Shown: piece by piece, positions 37,752 to 51,462 of the stretch
Position numbering within the stretch: the stretch's first letter is position 1
How the letters are laid out: each line of letters begins with the position of its first letter
Assembly: GCF_006345805.1 (NCBI RefSeq)
Contig: NC_043009.1
Coordinates: forward strand, 40,858,001-40,922,000
DNA from: Octopus sinensis
Taxonomy: Eukaryota
DNA length: 64,000 nt
Direction: 5' to 3'
Notes under the pieces: generated by a model
Database searches by the model: none
What the model was told of the DNA's origin: nothing
What the model saw: the letters and a program-made list of their open reading frames with translations, nothing else
Position numbers and translations under genes: made by a program

Positions 37752-38529
37752 CCTTTCTACTATAGGCGCAAGGCCTGAAATATTGTGGGGAGGGGTTAAG
37801 TTGATTACATCAACCCCAGTACACAACTGGTACTTAATTTATTGACCCCTTGAAAGGATGAAAGGCAAAGTTGCCCTTGGTGGAATTTGAACTCAGAACA
37901 TAACGGCAGATGAAATACCTATTTCTCTACTACTCACAAGGGGCTAAACACAGAGGGGACAAACAAGGATAGACAAACAGATTAAGTCAATTATATCGAC
38001 CCCAGTGCGTAACTGGTACTTATTTAATCAACCCTGAGAGGATGAAAGGCAAAGTCGACCATGGCGGAATTTGAACTCAGAACATCGTGACGGGCAAAAT
38101 ACATAAGCATTTCAGCCAGCGTGCTAATGATTCCGCCAGCTTGCCACCTTTAACGGTGGTAATAATGGCAACCAGTTACCTGAAGCAGCAGGTAATACTA
38201 GCAGAACTTCACAAATGATATTCCAAATTGTTTGGAACACGCACTCTGCCTGTCTATTGTTATACACTTTACAGACTTGCTATATGTGATATGGTAGAGA
38301 TGTTTTTGCGGAAAGGTAATTTTTATTTGGTAGCATTATAGAGCAGTGTAAGTGTACATGCAAACGCATACACTCAATCATACACACCGTGAACCACGGA
38401 AAGACATAAAGCAAAGTCCACCTTGGCGGAATTTGAGTTTTGTACATAATGATGGATGAAATGCCACAGAGCATTTTGTCTAGCATACTGACAACAATTC
38501 TGCCAACTCACCATTTTTATTCTGTATCT

Positions 38530-39070
38530 AATAATACATGCAGATACTTTTCATATCATCTGCATCTATCATATCATCACGGGTTACATCTCTATCTAAC
38601 ATTGCATGTGTCATTGTATAATTTCTGATCTCTTCAATCTCAAACAATATGTTGTTTCTGACATTAAAAAAAACCCATATATATTCAATATTATATATAC
38701 CACCTTTGATATCTTCTCTATCAAACTAATCATGTGTAATATCTTCTATATCTGACATTACATCTATACTTTATGATACCTTTTATATCAAGCATAACAT
38801 CTGCCACATTTGATATCTTCAGTATCTAATATAACAAACTCTTTCTGATGATAACTTTTATCGTCATCTCTGATATCTCTTCTATATCAAACATTAAATC
38901 TGTCACTTTGAATATCTTTTGTATCTCACATGATAACATCTATTATTTCAGATATCTCGTTTATCTCAGATAACATTTGTTATCTCTTGATACCTCCAAT
39001 ATCTAACAATAAAGCTGTTATCTCTTGAAATACCTTATATTAGATATAACATCTTCCATTTCTAATATCG
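38530..39070. repeat. Highly degenerate atatct/ataacatct-rich tandem repeat
   Basis: Recurrent tatcttctatatct / gataacatct motifs. Confidence 0.55.
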
Positions 39071-39989
39071 TTTAACCATCTATTATTCCCCATTCACCCC
39101 AATCCAGACCAACTGTCCGCATCCTCATTTATTTTCACCTTCTTGCTCTTTGAAGGTTTTCCCTGGCATTTCATCATAACCATCTTATCTTCTTCCCAGC
39201 TTCTCTGACTCATCTTATATAATGCAGGGTACCTATGTATCTTCTCTACAGCAAGACACATATGCTTGTACCTCTACCATACTTCAGCCTCCACCACCTC
39301 GCATCAAACCACTTACTCTTCCCTCAAATACCCCATCTATTTACCAACAGGAATTTTTTTCTTTTCTTGTTCTTTTACTTCTTCCAAGTTCCTTGGCAAC
39401 ACTACCAGTACTCATTGTAAAATGATTGGCATGAGAAAGGGCATCCAGCTGTAGAAACCTTGCCAAAGCTGATACAGGAGCTTGGCACAACTCAGCTGTT
39501 TGCTGGATCCTGTGAAGATGTCTAACCCAAGCAAGCATCAAAACCAGACATTAAATGGTGATGACAATGATGACAAACATATCATATGTGGCATCTGTAT
39601 CCAACATAACAATCTGTCATATCTGGTCATTTCTGTGTCTTGAGTTACATTTCATTTCAATATTGTGTTTCTCCACACAAGATTGACAGGAATATGTTTA
39701 TATTTCACACACTAAAAGAAAAGCTAACAAAATGGTAAAAAGAAAATCAGAAACGATAGATATGTACTGCCTTAGTCTTGAAAAGTAAAAAAAAAAACAA
39801 AAAAAAAACCAGAATCAAAATATGGTGAAAAATAATGGAGTAAATGGAATATAACAATAACAGTCCTTATATTTCAAATTCCTGTACTTAATCAGTTACA
39901 GATGAATATATTTTGTGGATTATCTAGAAGGCGAAGGTGAGCAGAAAATAAATTTGTATGAGAGGATCAGCTGATATATATATATATAC

Positions 39990-41242
39990 TCTTTTAGTTG
40001 TTTCAGTCATTTGACTGCGGCCATGCTGGAGCACTGCCTTTAGTCGAGCAAATCGACCCCGGGACTTATTCTTTGTAAGCCCAGTACTTATTCTATCGGT
40101 CTCTTTTGCCGAACCGCTAAGTGACGGGGACGTAAACACACCAGCATCGGTTATCAAGCAATGCTAGAGGGACAAACAGACACACAAACATATACACACA
40201 CATACATACATATATATATATATATATACATATATACGACAGGCTTCTTTCAGTTTCCGTCTACCAAATCCACTCACAAGGCTTTGGTCGGCCCGAGGCT
40301 ATAGTAGAAGACACTTGCCCAAGATGCCACGCAGTGGGACTGAACCCAGAACCATGTGGTTGGTAGGCAAGCTACTTACCACACAGCCACTCCTTACTTG
40401 TTTCAGTCATTTGACTGCGGCCATGCTAGGGTACCACCTTAAAGGGTGTTTTAGGTGAAGAAATTCACCCCAGGACTTTATTCTTTGTAAGCCTAGTACT
40501 TAGTCTATTGGTCCCTTTTGCTGAACCACTAAGTTACAGTCCCAGTGGTTAGAGTGTTGGGCTTACAATCATGAAGTAGTGAGTTCGATTCCTGTGTTCT
40601 TGAGCAAGACAGTTTATTTCATGTTGCTCCTGTTCACTTTTACTTTTTATACACATATACAATAGACACACACACATATGTATATGTAAAAAGTAAAGAA
40701 GAACAGGTGCAATGTCTTCATGTTTTTTATTGTTTTTTCCTCCATTTTTTTGGATCCTATATATAATGGAAATCCCTCTGATGAAGGGATATCCCTTAAT
40801 ATCCCAGAAACAGCTGTAAGACTATATATCTTTTCCCTTATAAATGTCCTGAAGACTCCTCACAGCCTTCGCTGTGTTATCTCATTTATTCTAATATATA
40901 TACCTACACACACACATGCATAGGTGCAGGCGTGGCTGTGAGGCAAGTAGCTTGCTTCCCAGGTACATGGTTCTGGGTTCAGCCAAAGCCTTGATATACA
41001 TACATATCAATCGATCTATCTAGCTTTCTATGAACGTATATATGTATATGCATGTGTATGAATGTATCTATGGATATATATATATATCTCAAATACCCCA
41101 TCCATTTACCAACAGGAATTTTTTCTTTTCTTGTTCTTTTACTTCTTTCAAGTTCCTTAGCAACACTACCAGTACTCAATGACTGGCATTAGAAAGGGCA
41201 TCCAACTGTAGAAACCGTGCCAAAGCTGATACAGGAGCTTGG

Positions 41243-41280
<38 letters not shown>

Positions 41281-41940
41281 AATAAAACATATGCATATAT
41301 ACATACATATATGTACATACCTACATCTACATGTATATATACATGCATATATGAGTACAGGACACCACAAATAAACGCAGAACACAACGAGAAACAAAAA
41401 CATAAAATCAAACAAGGAAACGGACTTCTTTTAACAACGAAAAAACAGAGTACAGGACAAACAATACAAGGAAAAATCCCCTTCATCAACTGCCCCTGCT
41501 TCGACTCAATGCGTGTTTCGAAGGTATATATATATATATATATATATAGGAGTGGCTGTGTGGTAAGTAACTTGCTTACCAACCACATGGTTCTGGGTTC
41601 AGTCCTATTGCGTGGCACCTTGGGCAAGTGTCTTCTACTATAGCCTCAGGCCAACCAAAGCCTTGTGAGTGGATTTGGTAGACGGAAACTGAAAGAAGCC
41701 CGTCGTATATATATGTGTGTGTGTCTATGTTTGTGTGTCCGTGTTTGTCCCCCCAACATCGCTTGACAACTGATGCTGGTGTGTTTATGTCCCCGTAACT
41801 TATCGGTTCTGTAAAAGAGACCAATAGAATAAGTACTAGGCTTACAAAGAATAAGTCCTGGGGTTGATTTGCTCGACAAAAGCGGTGCTCCAGCATGGCA
41901 ACAGTCAGTTAACTGAAACAAGTAAAAGAGTAAAACAGTA
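39990..41940. mobile_element. SINE family A cluster: 39990-40395(-), partial 40395-40530(-), 41548-41940(+)
   Basis: Same diagnostic head, body and tail sequences. Confidence 0.85.
40776..40823 (+). ncRNA. Hammerhead-like motif with palindromic CAGCUG stem III; decayed copy at 6261-6308
   Basis: CUGAUGA-a-gggauau(cccuua)auauccc-a-GAAA-CAGCUG-UA^agacu. Stem I is only 2 bp in this copy. Confidence 0.45.
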
Positions 41941-43544
41941 TATATATATATATCTGTGAGAGTATGTATACTTCCTCACTGCTGTGTGATACATGGAACT
42001 AATCAGTAATCACACAGGATGGTGATTACATTTGTAGAGATACAGACAAACATCTGGAGCTTTCTGCTGTCTTGAACAGTGGGTGCCATTGGTGGTAGCA
42101 GTAGTATAGAGATCAGCGTATACATATATATATATGTGTGTGTGTACATAAATGTATACATATGCACCTGTGAGAGTGTGCGTGCGTGCATGCGTGTGCT
42201 GAATGCCATGGTTACAGAAACTGGTGTAAGGTAGATTTGACGGTGGAGGTGGTGGTGGTGGTGGTGGTGGTGGAGAAAGTATGGTCAGATAACTGGCAAG
42301 TTATTATGGCAGGAAGTAAGTACAAGATATGTTTATTCAGTTGGTACAAGTGGCAGCTTCATTGTTTAGTGGATGGTAGAGAATAGTTTCATTAAGGATC
42401 AACATTAATAATAATTCCTTCTCAGTACCCTCCCACTGCCGATGCCTGCTGCTGTTGTTGTTGTTGTTGTTGTTGTTGCTATTGGCAAGTGGGTCAATCG
42501 AGTAAAAAGCATTGATCTGTCAAGTGAGTCTTCAGCAATGAATTAAAAAAAAAAAACCCAACAGCGCTGCTGCTTTCTACATAACAGTCCGTCTCCGACT
42601 TATTACCCCAGTTGTAAAAGAATGGCCTACGAAAAATAATAATATTGATTTGGTGGAGCAAAAAGAAGGAGAGATAGCACCCTGCCCTTCTCTCCACCCC
42701 TCACCCTTGCTTCCCCCCCACCTCCGCCATCGCTACCATTGCTGCTGCCGCCGCCTCCGCCAACGCCAGAAACTTTCTGGCAAGTAAGTTTTTGCAGCTG
42801 TTAGTTTATATATTTGACCTCAGTGAATAATGAATCCACAATATGGTAGATAAAAATATTTACATGCCACTCTTTGGGCTCTGGTGTTGTTTCAGTTTTT
42901 CATAGACATTTTTACAGGATGAGAAAGAAGAAAGGAAGGAGAGAAAGGAAGAAAGCAACATAGAAAAGGGAAGAGAGAGAGAGAGATGAAGGAATAGAAG
43001 AGATTATCTCTGAAGAATTTAATTATTATTTGGATACAGTTTAATGCGATTTCAACAAACGGCTCTCTCGGACAATTGACGCCAACATATATTTATAAAT
43101 AAATTCCCCTTCATCAATAAAATAGCAGGAATGGTGGCGGTGGGTGGGTGGGTGGGGTTGCTACTCAAACTGGCTGGCAATGTCTTTACTCACCAACACG
43201 CTGTTTCTCATAGCTACAATGGTCACACACCTCTGGAATCACTAGTTGCATGGATCCCTCAATCTATGTTCATACACCTCTCCTTCCTTTCCACTTTCTA
43301 TTGCGTGTCACCCCTCCAAGACCAACATTAAATAATTTTTCCCAATCCTTCCTTCACAGAGGCCGCCACCACCATGACTGCAAAACTCCAATTTACAGAT
43401 GTTTCAGCTGACCATAAACTCATGATTTCAAACGTGAAGTTAATGGACGTAGCCATATCATAATTTGTAAATTATTTTCAGTAGTGAAATCAAATGTATA
43501 TTGATATACATTTAATATTCACACTCAATTAAACTATCAGCATA

Positions 43545-43715
43545 ATGGTTCCAGAAGACTGTTCTGAAACTTTTACAGTTCCAGTAGACTGTTTCAGAAC
43601 TTTTATTTTCCAGAAGACTGTTCCAGAACAGTTACTGTTCCATAAGATTGTTCCAAAACTTTTATTGTTTTGTAAGACTTTCCCCAAAGACTTTTCCAGA
43701 TATTGTTCCACCCAG
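43545..43715. repeat. Degenerate ~30-bp minisatellite
   Basis: Recurrent ccagaagactgttcc..aacttttat units. Confidence 0.7.
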
Positions 43716-43876
43716 CTCTTGGGTGCTTTTAAAAGAATACACTCTACTGCATGAATTCAAGATTGCTCTCCAGTTCAAGAGTAACTCCCTCTTGCTCTCC
43801 CTTTCTTCCACCAATACCAGAGGCCCTGAGACACTGGAAAGGGTCATGGCAATTACATATTCCCACTACAACTAAT

Positions 43877-44089
43877 CTTTACTCTTTTACTCGCTTCAGT
43901 CATTTGACTGCAGCCATGCTGGTGCACCGCCTTTAGTCAAGCAAATCAACCCCAGGACTTATTCTTTGTAAGCATAGTACTTATTCTATCGGTCTCTTTT
44001 GCCAAACCACTAAGTTACGGGGATGTAAACACACCAGCATCAGTTGTCAAGCGATGTTGGGGGGGGGGCAAACATATGCACGCACATAC

Positions 44090-44120
<31 letters not shown>

Positions 44121-44308
44121 AATATATGATGGGCTTCTTTCAGTTTCCGTCTACCAAAGTGGCCATGTGGTAAGTAGTTTGCTTACCAACCACATGATTC
44201 CGGGTTCAGTCCCACTGCGTGGCACCTTTAGTGTCTTCTACTATTGCCTCAGGTCGGCCAAAGCCTTGTGAGTGGATTTGGTAGACAAAAACTGAAAGAA
44301 GCTCATCG

Positions 44309-44340
<32 letters not shown>

Positions 44341-44527
44341 TGTATGTATGTGTGTGTATATGTTTGTGTGTCTGTGTTTGTCCCCCACAACATCGCTTGA
44401 CAACTGATGCTGGTGTAGTGGTTCGGCAAAAGATTCTGATAGAATAAGTACAAGGCTTACAAAGAAAAAGTCCTGTGGTTGATTTGTTCAACTAAAGGCG
44501 GTGCTCCAGCATGGCCACAGCCAAATG
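43877..44527. mobile_element. Back-to-back SINE family A copies: 43877-44158(-) and 44159-44527(+)
   Basis: The - copy is truncated at ...ccgtctaccaaa and abuts the head of a + copy. Confidence 0.85.
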
Positions 44528-45227
44528 ACTGAAACAAATAAAAGAATACCAGAACATACAGTTTTGACATATGCACTGTATGTAAGTGAAAAGCCATTTT
44601 TCATATAAATAGTGGCATTTGTGTATAATTCTTTGTGAAAGCCTGTACAAGATATTTGTTGTTTGGTAAACTATGAGAATATATTATCTTGCATTGAAGC
44701 AGGCGAGATTTGATGACAGGAAGGGCATCCAAATATAGATAATTCTGTCTCAGCACACTTTCATCTGACCCACACAAGCATAGAAAAATGTATGTTTTAA
44801 TGATGACGATGATGGTAACATGTCATTTGACGAGTTGCACATGGTGTGCAAAAGGGGTGGTTTCCTTGCCAAATCACCAAATGATTATTTTTTAGCAGTA
44901 CGCAAGTTGAGGCAAAACAGATATGAGTGACGTGTTTATAAACAGAACAATATCCCCAGCTACGAATTTGAACTCATGATGCATGTGTTCGTAGTATTCC
45001 ATTACTTTTATTGAATGCTGCACTATTCCAACTTGAACCAAAACCCAGAACAAAAAAGGCTGACAGAATTGATAAAAAGAAAACAAAAGCAACTGAAAAT
45101 TAAGAATTGTTTCGTTAGCTCATGTGAAACAATGTGAGATGTGAGATTAGAAACCCCCTATAGGTACTCCTGGAGTTTAGGTTCATAAGCAAATGAGAGA
45201 TAGAGAAAGACAAAGAAGCAGTGACAG

Positions 45228-45265
<38 letters not shown>

Positions 45266-45289
45266 TGCTGTTTCAAGTCTGACCTAAAT

Positions 45290-45327
<38 letters not shown>

Positions 45328-45639
45328 AAGAAAAAAAGCCCAGTTAAAAGCCCAGTTCTAATAACAAAGACACAGCCATCGGAACAGAACATCGGAACGT
45401 CGCATAATAAAAACCAGCTCTACTGGCCTATTCTTCTGGAAGTATAAAGACGGAGAAACTTCTTAATTATAACGCATTGTCGAAAGTAGAAAGAAAACTC
45501 CCTGGCTCAGCAAAGAAAGCAAAAATATATTGGAATGTTGAGACAGAATTCTATTGTGTCTCATTGTCTAAAGCTGTTTATTTGTTTGCTTTTAAAGCAT
45601 AATAGGCCATTATTATGAGACTACTGTGTGTCAAACAGT

Positions 45640-46057
45640 ACAAACACTACCATGTTAATAACAATAACAACAGCAACAAGAACAACAATAATAATAGTAG
45701 CTGTAGTGGTAGTAGTGGTGGTGGTGGTGGTGGTCTTTTCTTTTATTGCCACAGGGGTAATGGATAGGGTGACATTAATAATGATGACAATGATGATCAT
45801 GATGATGATGATGGTGGTAGCAGTAGTGGCAGTAGTTTCTTTTATTGCCACAGGGGAAATGGATGGGGCAATACTAATAATAATGGGGATGGTGGTAGTA
45901 GTAATAACACCACAAACAACATCAATAATAATAGTAGTAGTATTAATAGTAGAATTACTACTAGCAGCAGCAGCAGCAGCAGTGGTCTTAATAACAACAA
46001 TAACAATGATAATAATTAATAATAGTAATAATAATAATAATAATAATAATAGTAGAG

Positions 46058-46102
<45 letters not shown>

Positions 46103-46147
46103 GAGATAATAATAATAATAATAGAGATAATAATAATAATAATAGAG

Positions 46148-46186
<39 letters not shown>

Positions 46187-46345
46187 GAGATAATAATAAT
46201 AATAATAATAATAATAATAGAGATAATAATAATAATAATAATAATAGTAATAATAATAATAATAATAATAATGATGATGATGATGATAATAGTGATGATG
46301 ATAATAATAACAGTAATGCTTTCTTTGTTAACCACTAATAATAAG
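45640..46345. repeat. (AAT)n/(GAT)n/(GTA)n field with periodic agagat interruptions
   Basis: Direct inspection; source of the poly-N and poly-I track ORFs. Confidence 0.95.
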
Positions 46346-46960
46346 AACAACAACAACAACAATAGCAAAAATGGTGAAATTATTCTGCAGTTCCTCTATA
46401 AAGCTATTGTTGTCAACAGGGAGAGATAAACCAAGACATCTTAATAATAACACAGAAATAGACTTGCAGCAGCACCTCAGGAAATATCAACCGAAATAAA
46501 TGGTTTTGGTGAAAAATGGAAGAGTGGGGAGTGGGGGACAGAAGGAAGAACCAAAAACAAAAACCTACCAACTCTTCCTCATCCCACTACCCTGAGTTAT
46601 CTTAGATGTATGCATCTTTGAGTGTATGTCGTCTGCAGCGAGTGCTTCTTGTATTACAATAGTTTGAGTGAATGTGTGAGGAAGAAGGAGAGAGAATGAG
46701 AGAGAGAGAGAGAGTATATGAGAGTCCATGTGTGCGTTATGAATGGTGGTATTTGGGACTATATCAAACTATTCCAACTACATGATTCTAGGTTCAGTTC
46801 CACTGTGCGACACCTTGGGCAAGTGTCTTCTACTACAGCCCTGGGTTGACCAAACTGAAAGAAGCCTGTTGTATATATATATATATGTGTGTGTATCTCT
46901 CTCTTTTTCTCTCTCTCTCTCTCTCTATATATATACATATATATAAATATATAAATATGT

Positions 46961-47575
46961 GGAGGTGCAATAGCCCAGTGGTTAGGGCAGCAGACTCGCG
47001 GTCGTAGGATCGCAGTTTCGATTCCCAGACCGGGCATTGTGAGTGTTTATTGAACGCAAACACCTAAAGCTCCACGAGGTTCCGGCAGGGGATAGTGGCG
47101 ATCCCTGCTGTACTCTTTCGCCACAGCTTTCTCTCACTCTTTCTTCTGTTGGCCTGCTTGCTTAGCCAGCAGGGTGGCATCATTTAAAGGCTAAAACAAT
47201 GTGAAGTGCATTGTGACCAGCGATGTGTAGCAACATCTGATAGCCTGGTCGGTCACGGTGATCACGGTGATATATATAAATATATGTTTGTTCCTTCTCA
47301 AGCCATGCCTGGCTCATAGGGCCGGTTTCCTTGGCATATAGGTTCCCCATCTGCACAGGACACCGGTCTGTCACAGGTGAGCTACAACATGCAGGAAGAA
47401 AGAGTGAGAGAAAGTTGTGGCAAAAGAGTCAGCAGAAGTTCACCATTACCTTCTGCCGGAGCCACATGGAGCTTAGGTGTTTTGCTCATAAACACACACA
47501 TCGCCCAGTCTGAGATTCAAACCGCAATCCCTTGACCGCGAGCCCGCTGCTCCAACCACTAAGCCATGTGCCTCC
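46961..47575. mobile_element. Tail-to-tail pair of related tRNA-headed SINEs: 46961-47270(+) and 47280-47575(-)
   Basis: Both heads read ggagg.gca..gc..agtggtt...gactcgcggtc...gtttcgatt; the bodies are shared and the 3' ends differ. A relative lies at ~337-620(-). Confidence 0.8.
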
Positions 47576-49323
47576 ACACACACACACACACACACATACA
47601 TATATCTGTATATGTCTTTGTTTGTCAACACGTCACTGCCTGACAACCGGTGTTGGTGTGTTTACATCCCTGTAACTAAGCAGTTTGGCAAAAGTGAACA
47701 ATAGAATAAGTACTAGGCTTAAGAAGTTCTGGGGTCGATTTGTTTCTACTAAAACCCATCAAGGTGGTGCTCCAGCATGGCTGCAGTCAAATGACTGAAA
47801 CAAGTAAAAGAATAAAAGTGGTTATGCCATGGTTGTTGCCTGGTCACAAGGTGATCCAAGAAGGGGGAATCTTTGACAGCCAAAAAATTCAAGACAATTA
47901 CATAGCTATACATGTTAGATGCTGTCGGTCACTGGGAGTTTTCCAAGTTTGCTGGCCAATCCACTTTATCCTGCATCTTCCCTTTATTCCCTGTTTCAGT
48001 TGATATATTCACTGAGCACTTTCAGGGGTCACACTAACAAATTCTCATATGTGTCTGTGTGTGTGTGTCACCCAGTACACTCTGTAAAGTAGTTGGCATT
48101 CTGAAAGGCATCCAGCTGTAGAAACCATGCCAGCTCCTGTCAAACTGTTCAGTCCATGCCAGCATGGGAAACTGATGTTAAATAATGATGATGATGGTAT
48201 ATATTTATGTGTGTGTATATATATATATATATCATCATCGTTTAACATCCGCCTTCCATGCTGGTATGGCTTGGACTGTTTGACAGGAGCTTGCCAGGCA
48301 GAAGATTGCACCAGGCTTCTGGGTCTGTTTTTGCACAGTTTTTATAGCTAGGTGCCCTTCCTAACACCCACAATCCCACAGAGTGGCCTGAGTACTTTTT
48401 ACGCGGCACCAGCACAGGATGTGTACATTATACATGGGGGTGGTCATCTATTGCCAGTTAAACACACGTACTACACATCTCGTCTTCACTTCGGCCTTCT
48501 AGTTATTTAGTTTCTTTGTCAAAGTTCTTTCGTTGCACATCTCGTGACTTCTTCAATGACTTCTTATCCCACATGTAACCTCTTGTTCAGCTTATTTCAT
48601 TTCTCACTAAAAACATAATAATAATAATAAAACTGTAGTGAAGACCAAATACACAGTGTGTGTGTGTGATTAATTGGCAAAATATGACCATCCCCAAGTA
48701 TAGCAATATCTGTTTCAAAACATGGTTCCACATCAAGAATCTTGCAAAACAAATGCATAAATGTGTGTGTATATATATATATATATAGTGTGTAAACAGA
48801 GAGTGGGGGAGAGAGAGAGAGTCAAATCAAATAAATGAACATGGCTGTGTGGTAAGTAGCTTGCTTATGAACTACATGGTTCCGGGTTCAGTCCCACTGC
48901 ATGGCACCTTGGGCAAGTGTCTTCTACTATAGCCTTGGGACGACCAAAGCCTTATGAGTGGATTTGGTAGATATAAACTGAAAGACGGCCATCGTATATA
49001 TGTACATACATGTGTGTATGTGTGTGCATATGTTTGTGCGTCTGTGTTTGTCCTCCCAACATTGCTTGACAACCGATGGTGGTGTGTTTACATCCCCGTA
49101 ACTTAGCAGTTTGGCAAAAGAGATTGATAGAATAAGTACTAGGCTTCCAAAGAATAAGTCCTGGGGTCGATTTGCTCGACTAAAGGCAGTGCTCCAGCAT
49201 GGCCACAGCAAAATGAACGAAACAAGTAAAATAATATTAAAAATAACAATAGCAAACAACAAGAGGATATATACATGGAATGTATAAGTTTGATGCTCAA
49301 TAAAGAGAAAGAGAGAGAGAGAG

Positions 49324-49360
49324 TTTTTGACATTTCAAGCATAGCTCTTCATCAGAAAGG
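49324..49360 (-). ncRNA. Hammerhead-like motif, partly decayed
   Basis: uuu-CUGAUGA-A-gagc(uau)gcuu-GAAA-UG-UC^aaa. The CG palindrome is mutated to UG. Confidence 0.45.
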
Positions 49361-50450
49361 GAAAATTTCAAAGAAGGTTAAAAAAAATCACTGACAGCAC
49401 ATTGCTATGTGTGTGTGTGCGTGTGTGTGCGCACATATAAATTCATATTCTTTAAGCATCCACTTTTCCATGCTTGCAAGGATCAAATGGAGTTGATGGA
49501 GACAGATATTCTAAGACTGGATGCCTTTCTTGTCATCAACCTTCACCTGTTTCCAAGCAAAGTAATGTTTCTCCATGGTGAAACATGCAGAAAATATTGG
49601 AAATGAATAACACTGCTTGTACCACATGACACTCATTTGCAACTTTCAGATGACATCAAGGTAAGGAGTTACACACACATATAACTATGCATACTCGATG
49701 TATGTACAATATACATGTGCACATAAACACACACATATACATACAGTAGATATTGTATGTGTATATATATATATATATTTGTCTATGTGAATGTTTACAA
49801 TCTGTGCTAAGCTGCAGCTACAGATGGTGACATCACTGTGTGGTTGTGAGAAAATCAGTGATGCATGCAAAGCAAGGAAAAAGTGGACGTCAAAACGATA
49901 ATGACACAAAATGGCGACGGGGGTGATGACAAGGATGATGGCGACACTGAAACCCTCAAAGATCACGGTGGTAGAATTGTCCGGGGTCAAGGGACGAGAT
50001 TTTCAGAGCTGGTGCATGAAAATGAGCGTAACGTAAAAAGTGTGATATACGGATGATTAGAAAATGTGAATGGGTCAGATCCTTGCTGATGAGAGTGGGA
50101 TGGGGGACAATTCAGGATGGTGATGGTGATGGCTATCAGTTGCATGCTCCGTCTCTTAGTTATAGCCCAAATGAGGGATACAACTGAACCTACATCCCTT
50201 AGCAGGGAAAGTTGAATTCCTATGCAATAAAATTCATGAGGATGACATCATCAACACCATCACAATTATTATTATTATTATTATTATTATCATTATTGTT
50301 GTTTTGTTATTTCTGTTATTACTACTATATATATATATATTATCAATATATATATATATATTATCATTATTGCTTTATCATTTTGATCATCATCATGAGC
50401 ATTCTACTTATTACTGTTTTATTCTTACAGCTTTTACTATTGTTACCACA

Positions 50451-50491
<41 letters not shown>

Positions 50492-51408
50492 AAGTATTAC
50501 TGTAAAGCCAACGGTGCTCTCAGTGTGTAGGAAGGAAGAAGCAGGAACAGGAACGAAAATTGTGGAGCAATTCATTAACGAAAACAAGCTGCGGCATTTA
50601 CAATGAAACAACATCTCAATGATATTCTTTCTATCTATGAATATTATTAGATTCCCTCACCAGTAGTGATATGTGGCAAAAAAAAAAAAAAAAAAAAAAA
50701 AAAAACGGCAAAAAAAGAAAAGAAAAGAAAAGAAAAAGGAAACAAAGAGAGAGTGAGAAACAATGGCGTATATAATAAAATAAAAGTTACATGCCTCGAT
50801 GATTGTACTGAACAGTCTGGTAATGCTCCACTGCTTGCATTTTCCCCAGACATAATACACATGCAATGCGAGTTTATTGTTTTCCTTGCCTCATCCTTTG
50901 ACATTGCAACACTGAGCTTGTTAACAATTGAAACTCACTAGTTGTTTTTATTTATTTATTATTATTATCATTTTTCTTTTTTTTTTTTTTACATTGCTAA
51001 CCAATCAACGGTGGCGGCAGTGGTGGCCTTGGTGGGAAAAAACCCAAAAAACCAAAAAAAAACCCCAAAAAAAAACAGCAGTGGTGATGAAGATGAAGGC
51101 CTGCCTGAAGTCTGAACTGGCACTGACAGATATATTCAGTAGAGCAAGAAGAAGCGGGTGTATTTTTGGTTTAGAATAATAAATATTGATGCCGTCAATA
51201 ATTATTTCAATTCAGTGTTAGTAATCAAGGGGAGGGGGGGAGAGAGAGAGAGAGAGAGAGAGCAGAGAGAGAGAGAGCAGAGAGAGAGAGAGAGAGAGTG
51301 TGTGGAGAATGGCAAAAGAATAAAAATTATATTCTATTGTTTGGTTTTAATCTAACATTTTCCAGCAAACTATTATTCTTTGTTGGAGAATAGCAAAAAA
51401 AAAAAAAA

Positions 51409-51462
<54 letters not shown>

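Noticed and set aside
45621-46368. 236-aa poly-Asn and poly-Ile ORFs
   Set aside because: These are (AAT)n microsatellite translations with no domain or splice context.
46961-47035. tRNA-like sequences at SINE heads
   Set aside because: They have A/B boxes but no complete cloverleaf acceptor stem, and they run directly into SINE bodies, so they are not called tRNA genes.
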